Assembly: GCA_977017645.1 (NCBI GenBank)
Contig: OZ360225.1
Location: 135,594,001-135,658,000 of the forward strand
Reading direction: 5' to 3'
Source: Torpedo marmorata
Lineage: Eukaryota
Length of the DNA: 64,000 nt
Part shown: in pieces, positions 37,086 through 50,859 of the stretch
Numbering within the stretch: the first letter of the stretch is position 1
How the letters are laid out: every line of letters begins with the position of its first letter
Notes under the pieces: model-generated
The model's input: the letters and a program-made list of their open reading frames with translations, nothing else
Databases searched by the model: none
What the model was told of the DNA's origin: nothing
Made by a program: the position numbers and the translations under genes

Positions 37086-39270
37086 TTTTTTCCACAAAAA
37101 TAAGCTTTATTCACAAATAATTATTTACAAGGGAAAACTGTTCCGAGTCTTTTCACATCCTAGTATCATAGCCATACATTTCTGTCACTGTACATTGTTT
37201 TTTAAAAATATTTTATTTTTCATTTTCAGAAATTTTCACTAAACGTTAATAAACAATCACGAAATATACACAAACTTCAAACGTGTCAAGTACAGAATAC
37301 ATTATACCCCTTAACCCTCCCTTCCCTACCCAAAAAAAGAAAAAGAATAAAACCAAGACAAAAGAAAAGAAAACTAAACGTACCGTCAGTGCTTACAACT
37401 TTTGTTCAAGTATTTGGGGATGTCACACCCTTAAAATAATTATACATTACAGTATACCATACCTCAGGGGTTTGATACAACTGAGCACCAATATGCTCCA
37501 AGTACGGTTGACACACTTTAACAAAGTTATCATATTTATTTCTAAGACTATATGTAATTTTTTCCATGGGGATACAGCTGTACATTTCCGTAGACCATCG
37601 AGTGATGTGAAGGGGGGAGTCGGACTTCCAAGTAACTGTGATGCATTTTATTGCTACGGACAGAGCAACTTTTACAAATTGAATTTGGAATTTAGATAAT
37701 CTGTTGCTTATGTCCATGAGGTTTCCTAAAAGATACAACTCCGGGTCTAGTGGAAAGGCTACTCCCGTAATCCTAGTTAGTGCGTTAGCTAAATCATGCC
37801 AAAAGGGCCTTACCTTTGCACATGACCAAGTGGAGTGTAAAAAGGATCCAATTTCTATCCCACACCTGAAACACATTTCTGATATCTCTGGTTTTGACTT
37901 GTGCAGTTTTTGTGGTGTGAGATGCAATTGGTGTAGGAAATTATATTGAACCAGCCTATATCTGGCATTAATGACTGCTGTCATGCTGTCTAAATACCAG
38001 TCTGACCAGCATCGTTCGTGAATTGTTATGCCAAAGTCCGACTCCCACCTCTCTCTCGATCTTTGTAGGCCAGGCTTAGGGCTTTCGCTTTGGAGTACGA
38101 AATACATTCTAGATATGAATTTAGGTGCATTTCCCAATCGAAGCAACTTTTCCATTTCATTACACCTAGGTGGGGTCATTGTAGGACACTATCTATCCCT
38201 CAAGAAGGACCTTAGTTGAAGAAAACAGTAGAAGGTTCCATTAGACAAATCATATTTACTCTTCAATTGCTCAAAAGACATAAATTGTCCTTTCTCATAA
38301 CAATCTTCAAAATACCTGATCCCCTTCTGGTGCCAAATGTTTAATATTTTGTTACCCAAAGCCATGGATATAGTTTCCTTTTGGATCAAAGGTGCCTTTG
38401 GTGATATTTCCACCTTTCCTCCAGTACATTCAATTATTTCCTGCCGAATCTTAATCATGTGTTTTAGAATGGGGCTGTCCGTTCTTCCAGATATTAATTT
38501 GGTGTTCCATTTGTAAATAAAATCCTTCGCTATTTTCTCTCCTATGGTGTGTAGTCCAATTTGGACCCACGAGGGGGATCGTCCTCCTCGAAAAAGGATG
38601 AAAGAAACCTCGATTGGGCTGCTAAATAATATTTCTTAAAATCTGGTAATCGCAAACCCCCCAAATTGTAATCCCATGTCAGCTTCTCCATGGAAACTCT
38701 GGAGACCGTACCACTCCAGATAAATTGCCTTACGTATCCGTTAAGTGTTTTAAAAAAGACCCGCGGCCATGGGATTGGTAAGGACTGAAAGAGGCATCAC
38801 CTTCATTTTAATGCAGTTTGTCACTGTACATTGTTATATTCGTTCTCTATTTAGCACCATTGCCAATACTGTGGTCCCTTGTAGTTACTCCCCCCTCTGT
38901 TGTTTGAGGGGCTTCCACTCTGGTCTCAGCCCCTCAATACCTGATAGCGGAAAGACTCTAGACTTTGGTCCTTCCCCACAAATCCCTCGCGTTGGACACG
39001 CCAACCCTCAGTGCATCCCTCAGCATGTACTCCTGCAGCCTGGAATGTGCAAGTCGGCAGCACTCCCTCACTGACATCTCGGTGTGCTGGAAGACCAACA
39101 AGTTTCGGACAGACCTAAGGGTGACTTTCACCTAGTTGATGATCTTCCAGCAGCTCTGGATGCCTGTCTCTGCATGCATTCCCAGAACAGCCCATAAATC
39201 AGAGAGTCCTCTGTCACGCTGCTGCTGAGGATGAACTGTGATAAGGACACTTGCATCCTTCTCCACACAC
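37086..39270 (-). mobile_element. Tx1-type LINE 3' fragment, split by an L1
   Basis: Minus-strand translation of ~38975-39160 gives IQSCWKIIN*...SVRNLLVFQHTEMSVRECCRLAHSRLQEYMLRDALRVG..ARDLWG, typical of the Tx1 ORF2 C-terminus. Confidence 0.7.
37200..38818 (-). mobile_element. L1-clade LINE 3' fragment, 17 bp TSD
   Basis: ORF 37406..38179 (YRLVQYNFLHQL, CFRC..EIGSFLHSTWSC); TSD TGTCACTGTACATTGTT at 37183-37199 and 38819-38835. Confidence 0.93.
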
Positions 39271-39622
39271 TCTTGGCAAACAGGTACGTGAATAGGAAAG
39301 GTTGGGACTAGCAAATGGGATTATCCTAGGTTGGTACCTCGGTAGGTGTGAATGAGTTGGAGTGAAGGGAAAGTTTCTGTGCTGTATGATGCCTTAAATT
39401 TCACTTGCATGCAATTTTTCTCTCCACTTAGTGCACTGCACCTTGTCCAAAATCTTCATTTAGATTTTAAATAACTAAGCAAATAACAACAATCACTATC
39501 TTCGTAACAGTGATAGGATTTTTTTGCTGTCTCGAGCCGAGTATAATTTAAGAGCAATTAGTTCAAAGTTCTGATTTATTGTCAGAGTACATACATGACA
39601 TAGAACTATAGAACATTACAGC

Positions 39623-42600
39623 CTATTATAAGAACTAAGCAGAAAAATTATGAATTAGGTGAACGATCACATAAAGTACTAGCATGGCAATTAAAAACAG
39701 AACAGGCGTCAAGAACAATTAATGCAATTAAAAGTGAATCTAATGTTATTAGTTATAAACCCCAAAAAATAAATGACTTTCAAAATTTTTTTATTCTAAA
39801 TTATATAAAACGGAGTCTTTGCAAGATGATAGTAAAATTGATGGATATTTATCACAGATAAATTTACCAAGATTAAATATGCAAGAGCAGCTAGAATTGA
39901 GTACCCAGTTTAGACAGAAAGAAGTGAAAGACGCAATGAGTTCATTACAAAGTAATAAAGCACTGGGAGAAAATGGTTTTCCACCAGAGTTTTATAAAGA
40001 GTTTAAAGAACTATTAATTCCTGTCTTTATGGATATGTTACAACAGGCATCAGTAACTCATACACTCCTGGAATCTTTCTCAACAGCAATAATTACAGTA
40101 ATACCAAAGAAAGATAGAGATCCATTGAAACCTTCGTCTTATAGACCAATTTCATTATTAAATGCAGACTATAAAATTGTAGCTACAATTTTGGCTAATA
40201 GGATAACTAAATTGTTACCTAAATTAGTAAGCATGGATCAGACAGGTTTTATTTAAAAAAAAGACAAGCAGCTGACAATGTAGCAAGATTACTTAGTATT
40301 ATTTATTTAGCTCAAAAAAGAAAAGTACTAAGTGTTGTGGTGGCATTAGATGCAGAAAAAGCATTTGATAGATTGGAATGGGATTTTTTGTTTAAAGTAC
40401 TGGAGAAATTTGGATTTGGACAGACTTATATAAACTGGATTAAAGCATTATATAATGCTCCAAAAGCTAAAGTAGTGACTAATGGACAAATATCAACTCC
40501 ATTCTGTTTGACAAGGTCTAGTAGACAAGGATGCCCATTGTCACCAGCTTTATTTATACTAGCTATAGAACCACTTGCAGAGGCAATTAGAAGCGGCTCG
40601 GAAATTAGGGATTTAGTGTTGGCCAAGAACAACATAAAATTAGTCTATTTGCGGATGATGTTTTAATATATTTGACAGAGCCTGAGACCTCTTTATAAAG
40701 ATTACATTTTAGATTGGAAGAATATGGAAATATCTCAGGTTATAAAATAAATTGGGACAAAAGTGAAATTATGCCCCTTACAGAAGAAGACTATACTATA
40801 TGTAAAAGAAATACTCAGTTTAAATGGCCGCATAATGGGATAAAATATTTAGGAATTCGAACAGATAATAATTTTAAAAATCTATATAAATGGAATTATT
40901 TGCCATTACTTAAAAAGGTTAAAGAAGATTTGGAAAAATGGATGAATCTACCTATAACATTGATAGGAAGAGTTAATTGTAGAAAAAATGAATATATTTC
41001 CAAGAATACAATATCTGTATCAAACCATACCTATTTTATTACCACAGGGTTTTTTTTCAAGAGTTAAATAAACAAGTGAGGAAATTCCTTTGGAGAGGTA
41101 AAATGTCAAGAGTTTCTATAGAACGTTGAACATGGAAATATGAGTTAGGAGGTTTACAACTCCCTAACTTTAAAAATTATTACCGAGCGGCACAAATGAG
41201 ATTTATTACTTCTTTTTTTGAAAGTGAGGAAAAACCTGCATGGGTTAAAATAGAATTAGGAAAAATAGGAGAGAAAGTAGCAGAAGAATTTATATATAAA
41301 TGGAACTCAAAATTATTAGTAGGAGTTAAAGAAACACCATTATTAAAACACTTGATTAATGCCTGGAACAAGATTAACGATGAGATAGGGACAAAAGGGA
41401 CGATATCACCTAAAACGCCATTGATACAGAACAATCTTATACTTTTTACAAAAGATAATCAATTTTTAAATATATGGTTACAGAAAGGAATTAAGAAGAT
41501 AGAAGTTTGTTATGAAGGAGGTCAATTGATGTTGTTTGTACAGTTAGAAATAAATATGGAATACCGAATAATACTCTTTTTTGTTATTTTAAATTAAGAG
41601 GATATTTAAGGGAAAAACTAGGTTCAGATATGCTGTTACAAAATTGTAGTGAAGTGGAAACTCTTATTAGGAAAGGAAATATGAGAAAATTTACTTCTAT
41701 AATATACTCCTTGTTACAAAGAGGAGCCCTTAAACAAGGACTTCATAAATCTAGACAGAGATGGGAACAAGATCTTAATGTGACAATTGACGAAAAAATA
41801 TGGTCGGATTTATGTCAAGATAGCATGACCAATACTATTAATGTAAGATATAGATTAGTACAGTACAATTTTTTACACCAATTATATCTTACACAGCAAA
41901 AATTGAATAAAATGAAATCTGCATTATCAATTCAGATGTGGTGAAGAAGAGGGATTTTTTTTTTACATTCAACTTGGTTATGCTCCAAAGTAAGACCCTT
42001 CTGGGTGGAATTAGGGAATTTGTTAAAACAAATTACGGGTGTTACACTCCCACAAAACCTTGATTTATTTTTATTAGGGAATGTTGAAGGAACTAGACCA
42101 AAATTGAAGTTATCAATATAACAATTGAAATTTGTTAAAATTGCTTTAGCAGTAGCGAAGAAGTGTATAGCAATAACTTGGAAATCAGATACAAATTTAG
42201 GTATGGAAAGATGGAATACAGAGTTGTATTCCATTAGAAAAAATAACATATAATATGAGAAATAAATATGGGGTATTTTTGCAAATTTGGCGTCCATATA
42301 TCCAGACATTTGGTGTAAATATGTTATTCCACATCCTAGGCCTTGCTGACTCTCTCAAACTTAAATAATAAAAATACTGTTGAAAACCTTGCGTCGAACT
42401 GAATTGTCGGGCGATCCATATAGATGTCTTTTATAAGTAATATATTACTTTCTTTTTCCTTCTTTCTTTTTTAGATTTTAGGAAGGGGAGGGAATTTAAG
42501 GGGAGGGAATGGGTAGAGGGTGGGATTTGAAACATTAAGTAAAAATTTAAATTTGAACTTTTGAAAAATGTTAAGGGTTTGGTGGGATAAGGGAAGGGGT

Positions 42601-42711
42601 AGAATACACTGTAATTCAATATTATAAAAGATTTTTTTTGAAGTTAATAATCTATATTGTTCATGTATGGATTACTATGTAAAAATTTAAAATAAAATAT
42701 TCAAAAAAAAA
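39623..42711 (+). mobile_element. L1-clade LINE, 5'-truncated, 13 bp TSD
   Basis: SYRPISLLNADYKI, LDAEKAFDRLEW, SRQGCPLSPALF, frameshifted FADD; AATAAA plus poly(A); TSD AGAACATTACAGC at 39610-39622 and 42712-42724. Confidence 0.95.
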
Positions 42712-43623
42712 AGAACATTACAGCACATAAAATAGGCCCTTCGGCCCGTCTAGTCTGAACTGAACTATTATTCTGCCCAGTCCCACTGACCTGCACCCAG
42801 TCCATTTCCCTACATACCCTTCCCATCCATGTACCTGTCCAAATTTTTCATAAATGTTAAAATTGAGCCCGCATTTACCACTTCAGCTGGCAGCTCGTTC
42901 CATACTCCCACCAGTCTCTGTGTGAAGAAATGTCCCCTAATGTTCTCCCTAAACTTCACCCCTTTCACCCTGAACCCATGTCCTCTGGTTTGTATCTCAC
43001 CTAACCTCAGTGGAAAAAGCCTATTTGCATTTACTCTATCTATACCCATTACAATTTTGTATACCTCTATCAAATCTCCCCTCATTCTTCCACGCTTCAG
43101 GGAATAGAGTCCTAACCTGTTTAATCTTTCTCTGAAACTCAGTTCCGGCAACATCCCAGTAAATCTTCTCTGCACTCTTTCAATTTTATTGATATCTTTC
43201 CTGTAGTTAGATGACCAAAACTGCACACACTACTCCAAATTTGACCTCACCAATGTTTTATACAACTTTACCATAACATCCAACTCCTATACTCAATACT
43301 TTGATTTATGAAGGCCAAAATGCCAAAAGCTCTCTTTACAACCCTATCCACCTGTGACACCACTTTCAGGGAATTATGTATCTGTATTCCCAGATCCCTC
43401 TGTTCTACCGCACTCCTCAGTGCCCTACCATTTACCGTGTATGTCCTTTCTTGGTTTGTCCTTCCAAAATGCAACACCTCACACTTGTCTGCATTAAATT
43501 CCATCTGCCAATTTGCAGCCCATTTTCCCATCTGGTCCAGATCCCTCTGCAAGCTTTGAAAGCCTTCTTCGCTGTCCACAACACCTCCAATCTTTGTGTC
43601 ATCTGCAAACTTGCAGATCCAAT

Positions 43624-44375
43624 CAAGATTTTTTTTATTGTCATGCAATAAAACAGAAAATGTAAAATGATATGAAATTTCCTTTAGTCTGCCATAAGGC
43701 AGACAAAAAGTCACCATTAGTATTGCCTGGCACGCCTTACAGTCAGAGTTAGAGAAGCAAAAGAGAGTCCCTTCAGAGTCACTGAGTGTCCGTGGATTCG
43801 CCTCCAGCACTTCTGCAGCCGCACAGAGCCTTGTTCTATCCGTTGGCAACCCAAGCTCCAGATCTAAACCTCCTTTACGATCAGGAAGGCTTCAGTGACC
43901 GAGGCCCTTCGTGAGCCTTTCTTGCCCTCAGCACCCTCTCGAATCCCAGTTCCGATGCCAGTTTCCAGCAGCCTGCAGCCTGTGTGGGTGCTTCAGCCAC
44001 TGAGCCCCTCGCTGGTCTGCTGCTGTGGTCACAGTCCTGTAGGGTTATCTCCAATGCTTCTCCTCACGGGGGGGTGTTCTCCCCATTTCTGGTGCCGGTC
44101 TGCTACTCCCCCAGAGTCTGCAACGCCTCGATGCCGCTGCCAGCAGAGATGCTGTCATCTTGGGCACAGACCCCACAGTTGCAGGATTTTAAATAAATAC
44201 ACCGTTGGCTCCTTTAACAGGCTATTTAAAGCCTGTACGCAGCCGTCGGCATTAGGACCAGGCAGTTCGACCCTCCGGAGGAGCGTTGTGTCTCCGCTCC
44301 CCGCTCTCCCCGGGTCCACATCAGCAGCAGCGCTGCCATTACAGCAGCTCCGGCAGCGTCGCTATTTTTCAGAAG
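43624..44375 (-). mobile_element. GC-rich non-autonomous retroposon with Rex1-like tail, copy 2
   Basis: The reverse complement shares GCTGCCGGAGC, GGGGAGCGGAGA.ACA.CGCT, TTAAAGGAGCC.ACGGTG and GGGGTCTG.GCCCAAG.TG.CAGC with 12947-13763; ends TGACAATAAAAAAAATCTTG; interrupts CR1 RT. Confidence 0.75.
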
Positions 44376-45564
44376 TTATCATCTGGATCATTGATATATA
44401 TGACAAACAACAATGAGCCCAACATTGATCCTTGAGGCACACCACTAGTCACAGGCCTCCAGTCAAAGAGGCAATCATCCACCACCACTCTTTGGCTTCT
44501 CCCATAAAGCCAATGTCAAATCTAGTTGACTACCTCCCCTTGAATACCAAGTGATTCGACCTTCTAGACTAACCTCCCATGTGGGATCTTGTAAAAGGCC
44601 TTACTAAAGTCCATGTAGACAACATCCACAGACTCCTTCATCAACTTTCCTGATAACCTCCTCGAAAAACTCTATATGATTTGTTAAACACGACCTACCA
44701 AGCACAAAGCCATGTTGACTATTCCTAATCAGCCCCTGACTATCCAAATACTTGGATATCCGATCTCTTAAAATATAATTTCCTGGGTTATTTTTAGAGC
44801 CTTTGTTAAACAATGAGACAATATGAGCTACCCTCCAATCCTCTGCAACTTGAACTGTGGACGTTTTAAATATATCTGCTAGGGCCCCTGCAATGTCTGC
44901 ACTAGCCTCCCTCAAGGTCCGAGGGAATAACTTGTCAGGCCCTGGGGATCTATCCACCTTTATTCGCTTAAGACAGCAAGCACCTCCTCCTCACTAATCT
45001 GTATAGGTTCCATTATATTACTGCTTGTTTGCCTCACTTCCCTAGACTCTGTGCCAGTTTCCTGAGTAAATACAGATGCAAAACACCCTTTTAAGATCTC
45101 CCCCATCTCTTCTGGCTCCGTACATAACTGATCACTCTGATCTACAAGAGGACCAGTTTTGTCCCTTAGTATTCTTTTGCTCTTAATATACCTGGAGAAG
45201 CCCATAGTACTTTCCTTCACCAAAGCAACCTCATGTCTTCTTTTAGCCCTCCTGATTTCCCTCAAGTTTTTTCCTGCATTTTTTATACTCCACAAGTACC
45301 TCATTTGCTCCTTGTTGCCTGTATCTGCTACACCTCTCTCTTCTTACCCAGATCCCCAATATCCCACGAAAACCAAGGTTACTTAATGCCTGTTAACTTT
45401 GCCTTTAATCCTTACAGGAACATACAAACTCTATACTCTCAAAATTTCACCTTTGAAGGACTTCCATGGACTGAGCACATAACATCCTTGCCAGAAAACA
45501 ACCTAGCATCATTCACACTTTCTAGATCCTTTCTCATTTCCTCAAAATTGGCCTTTCTCCAATT

Positions 45565-45796
45565 TTTAAAATTTAGACTTACAGCACAGTAACAGGCCCT
45601 TTTGGCCCATGAGCCTGTGCCGCCCAATTACACCCGATTGACCTACAACCCCGGTACTTTTTGAACGGTGGGAGGAAACCGGAGCATCTGGGGGAAAACC
45701 CACGCAGACACAGGGAGAATATACAAACTCCTTACAGACAACGCGGGATTCGAACCCCGGTCCCGATCGGTGGCGCTGTAATAGCATTGCGCAGCG
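45565..45796 (-). mobile_element. V-SINE (HE1-like)
   Basis: Reverse complement of the B-box GGTTCGAATCC and the V-core. Confidence 0.85.
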
Positions 45797-46295
45797 TCAG
45801 ACTCTCAACCCGAGGACTAGAACTATCCCATCCATAATTATCTTGAAACTAATGGTATGATCACTGGACCAAAAGTGTTCCCCTATACATACTATGTCAC
45901 CTGTCCTGTCTCGTTCCCTAATAGGAGATCCAGTATTGCACTCTCGAGTTGGTACCATTGTCATACCGTGCCGCTTTCCAAACTTCACTCGAACTATAAG
46001 AAAACTCTGAATACTGATAAATAAGGTAAACCTTTTATTTTCGCTTTGCAAAGGAAGAGGAACCCAGTTACAGAGAGAGAGCTGCAGCCCAGCAGCTATT
46101 TCCCCAAGTAAGTGAGCTCAGCACATAGGCTGAGCACAACCTTTTTATAAGTAATTGAAAAGGAGATACTCCAGGTGCCCACCAGTACAGCACATATAAA
46201 GCACGCATAATTCCCTATATGGAAGGTTAAACCTATTCGAAGGCAGATTACCACGAGGGGAGGTCTGCTAGCAATGTAAACTAGCAGGGGGAATA

Positions 46296-46358
46296 CACAC
46301 ACACACATAATATACATATATATATATAGACACACACACACACAATATATATATATAT
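46296..46358. repeat. (CA)n/(TA)n microsatellite
   Basis: Directly visible dinucleotide tracts. Confidence 0.9.
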
Positions 46359-46809
46359 GGGAAAAGCCAATGTGACCAATACTGTAATATGATGATCAGC
46401 ACTATGTGTCAGTTGACCCCTAGTCAAGATTACTGAGGAAATCCCAACTATCAGATCCTCCCCAATAACACCTTTTCACCCAAAATCCTTGGGTTTTGAC
46501 ACTATATAATGGTGCATACTTTGTCTGTGGCCGTAGAACTTATTCTTGGTGACCTAAGGGCTGGAGAGGATCGTGCTATCTGGGTTGGGTTGCACCAATG
46601 ATACACCATGTTCCTTCCCTCTTGTCCTCACGTCAGAGGAGAGGAATAACCTTGGTGGAACAGTTCTTTATGGGGCTCTTCCCTTCATATGAAATTGTGC
46701 CTGCATCTCAAGAGCTGACAGTACTTGCCTCCACTATCGAGAAGCTGGCTAACGAAACAACTCAAGCTCTTGATGAGCTAGAATTGGCAGTACAGCAGTT
46801 TTCGGTCGA
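46350..46809 (+). repeat. Inverted duplicate of env segment 47387-47847
   Basis: ORF 46598..46855 repeats RQRRGITLVEQFFMGLFPSYEIVP.SQELTVLASTIEKLANETTQA from ORF 47095..47598 on the opposite strand. Confidence 0.92.
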
Positions 46810-47094
46810 ATTAAAGCATGAATTATGTCTCAACAATGCCACACTCTTATCATAAAAGGGGTTGTTTTCTATTCCCACCTGCCACCAAGACACAATGTCT
46901 CGTTTTCTTATCACGCCCATTGCCTAGTCATGCTCATTTTGCTTTATTGCTTAGCCAAGCAACTTTCCATTCCCCTCAGTCCTTGCAAGACTTGTAAAAG
47001 CAGCAGTAAAAGCATAGACACTTCCACATTTACTCCTTTTATCATTTAATGATAAACTTACAAAAGGACAGCAGCAAGTTGACGGCAAGTGCAT

Positions 47095-47836
47095 TTAAAG
47101 AGACAAAGTGATTATCAGGCATAGAGTGAGAACAAAAATAAGAGGAATGAATCTCTTAATTAGCCACACAAAAATGTCATGACCATTCAGCCAAGCAGGC
47201 CAATTATTTGTATAGTCATGAGAAAGGGCACCGCCGAGGTCCCATAGGTTGGTGACATTGCTGGAGGTGTCAGGAGTAAAGGTACAACATTCCTTTCTGA
47301 CAACAGCACATGTGCCTCCTTGTTGGGCCAAGAGAAAATTCAGTGCCATCCTATTTTGTAGGGTCACTGTACAGATCGCCACCAGCTCGGCCGACAACTG
47401 TTGTACTGCCAATTCTAACTCATCAAAAGCTTGAGTTGTTTCGTTAGCCAGCTTCTCAATAGTGGAGGCAAGTACTGTCAGCTCTTGAGATGAAGGCACA
47501 ATTTCATATGAAGGGAAGAGTCCCATAAAGAACTGTTCCACCAAGGTTATTCCTCTCCTCTGACGTGAGGACAAGAGGGAAGGAACATGGCGTGTCATTG
47601 GTGCAACCCAACCCAGATAGCACGATCCTCTCCAGCCCTTCGGTCGCCAACATAAGTTCTACGGCCATAGACAAAGTATGCACCATTATATAATGTCAAA
47701 ACCTGAGGATGTCGGGTGAAAAGGTGCTGTTGGGGAGGATCTGATAGTTGAGATTTCCTCAGCGATCTTGACAAGGGGTCAACTGACACATAGTGCTGAT
47801 GATTATATTACAGTATCGGTCACCTTGCCTTTTCCT
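47095..47836 (-). pseudogene. env: ERV env: SU C-terminus and TM subunit
   Basis: Furin site RQRR, fusion-peptide-like segment, immunosuppressive-domain motif LQNRMALNFLLAQQGG, CX6CC (CAVVRKECC), hydrophobic anchor. Confidence 0.92.
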
Positions 47837-47847
47837 ATATATATATA

Positions 47848-48795
47848 CAGTGCCCTCCATAATGTTTGGGACAATTACACTTTTTTCCTTTATTTGCCCC
47901 TGTGCTCCACAATTTTAAATTTGTAATCATACAATTCACATGTGATTAAAGTGCACATTCCAGATTTTATTGAAGGTTATTTGTATACATTTTGGATTGA
48001 CCATGTAGAAATTACAGCACTTTTTACTGTATACATAATCCCCTAATTTCAGGGCACCATAATGTTTGGGACATTTCACTTCACAGGTGTTTGTGATTAC
48101 TCAGGTATGTTTAATTGCTTCATTGGTGCAGGTATAAGAGAGCTAGGCTTGCTTCAAAGCTTTTGATCACCTTTTGAGTCTGTTGTTCCCATTTTTGTAC
48201 ATGAGGACCAGAGTTGTGCCAATGAAAGTCAAAGAAGCCATTGAGGCTTAAAAACAAGAATAAAACAGCAAGAGACATCGCCCAAACCTTAGGATTACCA
48301 AAATCAACAATTTGGAACCTCATTAAGAAGAAAGAGTGTACTGGTGAGCTCAGGAATCGCAAAGGGACTGGTATTCCAAGGAAGACCTCCACTGCTGATG
48401 ACAGAAGAATTCTCATCATAATGAAGTAAAATCCCCAAACGTACGTCCGGCAGATCAGAAATACTCTTCAGAAGGCAGGTGTGGATATGTCAATGACTAC
48501 TGTCCTCAGAAGACTTCATGAACAGAAATACAGAGGCTACACTGCAAGATGCAAACCACCAGTTAGCCACAGAAAGGATGGCCAGATTACAGTTTGCCAA
48601 GAAGTATTTAAAAGAGCCTGCAGAATTCTGGAAAAAGGTCTTGTGGACAGATGAGACCAAGATTAACCTGTATCAGAGTGATGGCAAGAGCAAATTGTGG
48701 AAGTGTAAAGAACTGCCCAAGATCCAAAGCATACCACCTTTGCCATGGTTTGCATCTTGCAGTGTAGCCTCTGTATTTCTGTTCATGAAGTCTTC
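47848..48795 (+). mobile_element. Tc1 left half (one TIR plus transposase N-half) inserted at (TA)n in ERV env
   Basis: TATA|CAGTGCCCTCCATAATGTTTGGG; RDIAQTLGLPKSTIWN (HTH), FWKKVLWTDETKINLY; ends in a short inverted Tc1 piece (~48746-48795). Confidence 0.9.
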
Positions 48796-48869
48796 AAGTC
48801 GTGGCACCTGTACCTCTTTCCTGATGGTAGCAGCGAGAACAAACCGAGTGCTGGGTGATGAGGTATTCC

Positions 48870-50800
48870 AAGGGCCACAGGATCAAGCTTCATGTAAAAA
48901 CAGGCAACAGGCCTACGCTAGTCAACATGATATTGGGTGAGAACAGCAGAAGCAAAGTCTTCCAATTCAGTCACAAAAAGTTGAAAGGGGCAGTCATAAA
49001 GTGGCCTGCCAAGAGCGGGTGCCTCTGTCAGGGATATTTGTAAAGCTTCAAATGCAGCCTGTGAGGGCTTGTCTAAAATAAAGGAAGCAGGGGCCTTAGA
49101 TGATGCAAAGGGAGATAACAATTTAAAGTGGGAACCCATTGTCGACAAAAATCAACAAGACCTACTAAAGCACGCATCTGTTTGGAGGTAGTCGAGGAGG
49201 GTGTATGTAAAATGGGCTGGGTGCGCTCTGGAGTCAGAAGGTGAAAACCTGCGCTAAGTAAAACCCCTAGAAACTTAACCTGTTCCTTTCCCTGCTGAAC
49301 CTTATGAGGGGGGATAATATAACCCAGGGCATGGAGGGCATTCAAGAGGAAGGCTGTATCAACCTGACTTCCCTGTTCATCATCACTGGTGACTAGAAGA
49401 TCGTCTACATACTGTACAATAGTAGAATTGGCAGGTAATGATATCTGCTGCAACTGGACTTGAAGATTTTATGAAAAGAGGGTGGCAAGTGCACAAAACC
49501 CTGCGGTAGACGAGTCCAAGTATACTGCTGGCCTCTATAAGTGAATGCGAAAAGGTATTGTGAATCAAAATGTAAAGGTATCGCAAAAAACCCATGCTGA
49601 AGGTCAATAATAGTAAAAAAACCTTAGCTGACACAGGGATCAAACAGAGAATAGTGGCAGGTTAGGGACAATAGGGTGCAAAGGCATGACAACCTCGTTG
49701 ATCTTGTTCTTGTCCTGTACTAGTGCTAGTACAGTACATGACAACCTCGTTGATCTTGTGCTAGTCCTGTACTAGTCTCCAATCAGTCCATCCTGGCTTG
49801 GGGACAGCTAAAATAGGGGTGTTACATGGAGACCGGCAAAGGACTAATATTCCTTGCTGAAGAAAGGACTCTATTAGCGGGTGAATTCCTTCCTCCGCTT
49901 CTGGCCGCAAAGGATATTGAGAAATGGAAGGCAATGAAGCCCCAAGCTTAAGGTCGACTTTGACTGGAGGAACAGGAGTGAGGCCAACTTCATGACTAGA
50001 GGCACCCCAAAGGGCCTGAGTCAGCTCACGTAGGGAATCATAACTTGGTTGGTGGTGATTAAGATAGCCTACTTTAGAGAAGGGAGAAGCATAAAACTTT
50101 ATTTTCCCATCAGATAATTCCTGCCACTGCTTGGTTTATCAGTTGATAAACCAGGTACCCTAACTGTTTTGCTTTAAATCCAACATTCACCTGAGACGTG
50201 ATATGGGGGACCACCAGTCCTGTCTGTTTCCATAAGCAAGGGGGAACATCCACAAAATAAACCATTCCTTCCTCTCCCTGAAACTCACCAATAATGCAAA
50301 CAGTCTGACGGGTTGCTAACCATAGTCTAAAAAAGTCCTCTAACGACAGTGAGGATCCTGTGGGGTCATAACAAAGAGTAACGTGGGGTCCTTTGTAGGG
50401 AAAAGAGGGTCGAAATCCGTGGGCAGAAAATCAATAGACCACCATTGTGGGAGAGGTAAAGCAGGACATTGATGTGCCAAAAAAGGAATTGGTGTCGCAG
50501 TGATGCCGTTATCAGAACAATGGATTTCAAACAGTAAGGAACACAATAAATCTCGACCAGCTAGGTTAAGACTAAAACCACAAGTCTGGGTAAATGGGAT
50601 AGAACACTGGCAGTCCTGACAGGTGACTTCAAGAGGTTGGGTCATAGAGTAAATGCGTCCACTGTCGCTAAACCCACTCAAGGTCACTGTGCAATCCGAG
50701 AGCGTAAAATTATGCTTCTCAATTAATTCCTGATCCAGGGTAGAGGTGGTGGCCTCAGTATCAATCATAAAAGAAACAGGTTTCCTCTTACCAACATAAC
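48870..50800 (-). pseudogene. pol: ERV pro-pol (protease, RT, connection domain); integrase not seen
   Basis: IDTEATTS..NLAGRDLL protease; PCNTPILAVPKP..DWRLVQD (~49770-49835); QYVDDLL; APALGRP.Y..PFQLFV. Confidence 0.88.
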
Positions 50801-50859
50801 TATAGTGGGTTCCTCATCGGGATGGTGTGTTAATACTGGTAAATTGCGACAGTCAATTA

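Larger units (their letters stand above)
45959..46969 (-). repeat. ERV 3' LTR (interrupted at ~46296-46809)
   Basis: Minus strand: short purine tract GAGGGGAA, then TG at 46969; TATAAAAAG near 46148, AATAAA near 46039, ends ...GTATGACA at 45959. Confidence 0.6.

Noticed and set aside
47095-47598. Domesticated syncytin-like env gene
   Set aside because: The signal peptide and most of SU are lost at the Tc1 insertion, the SU remnant is frameshifted, and the surrounding provirus is decayed.
49685-49775. Direct repeat CATGACAACCTCGTTGATCTTGT..GTCCTGTACTAGT as a functional array
   Set aside because: Only two units; a local tandem duplication that disrupts ERV RT.
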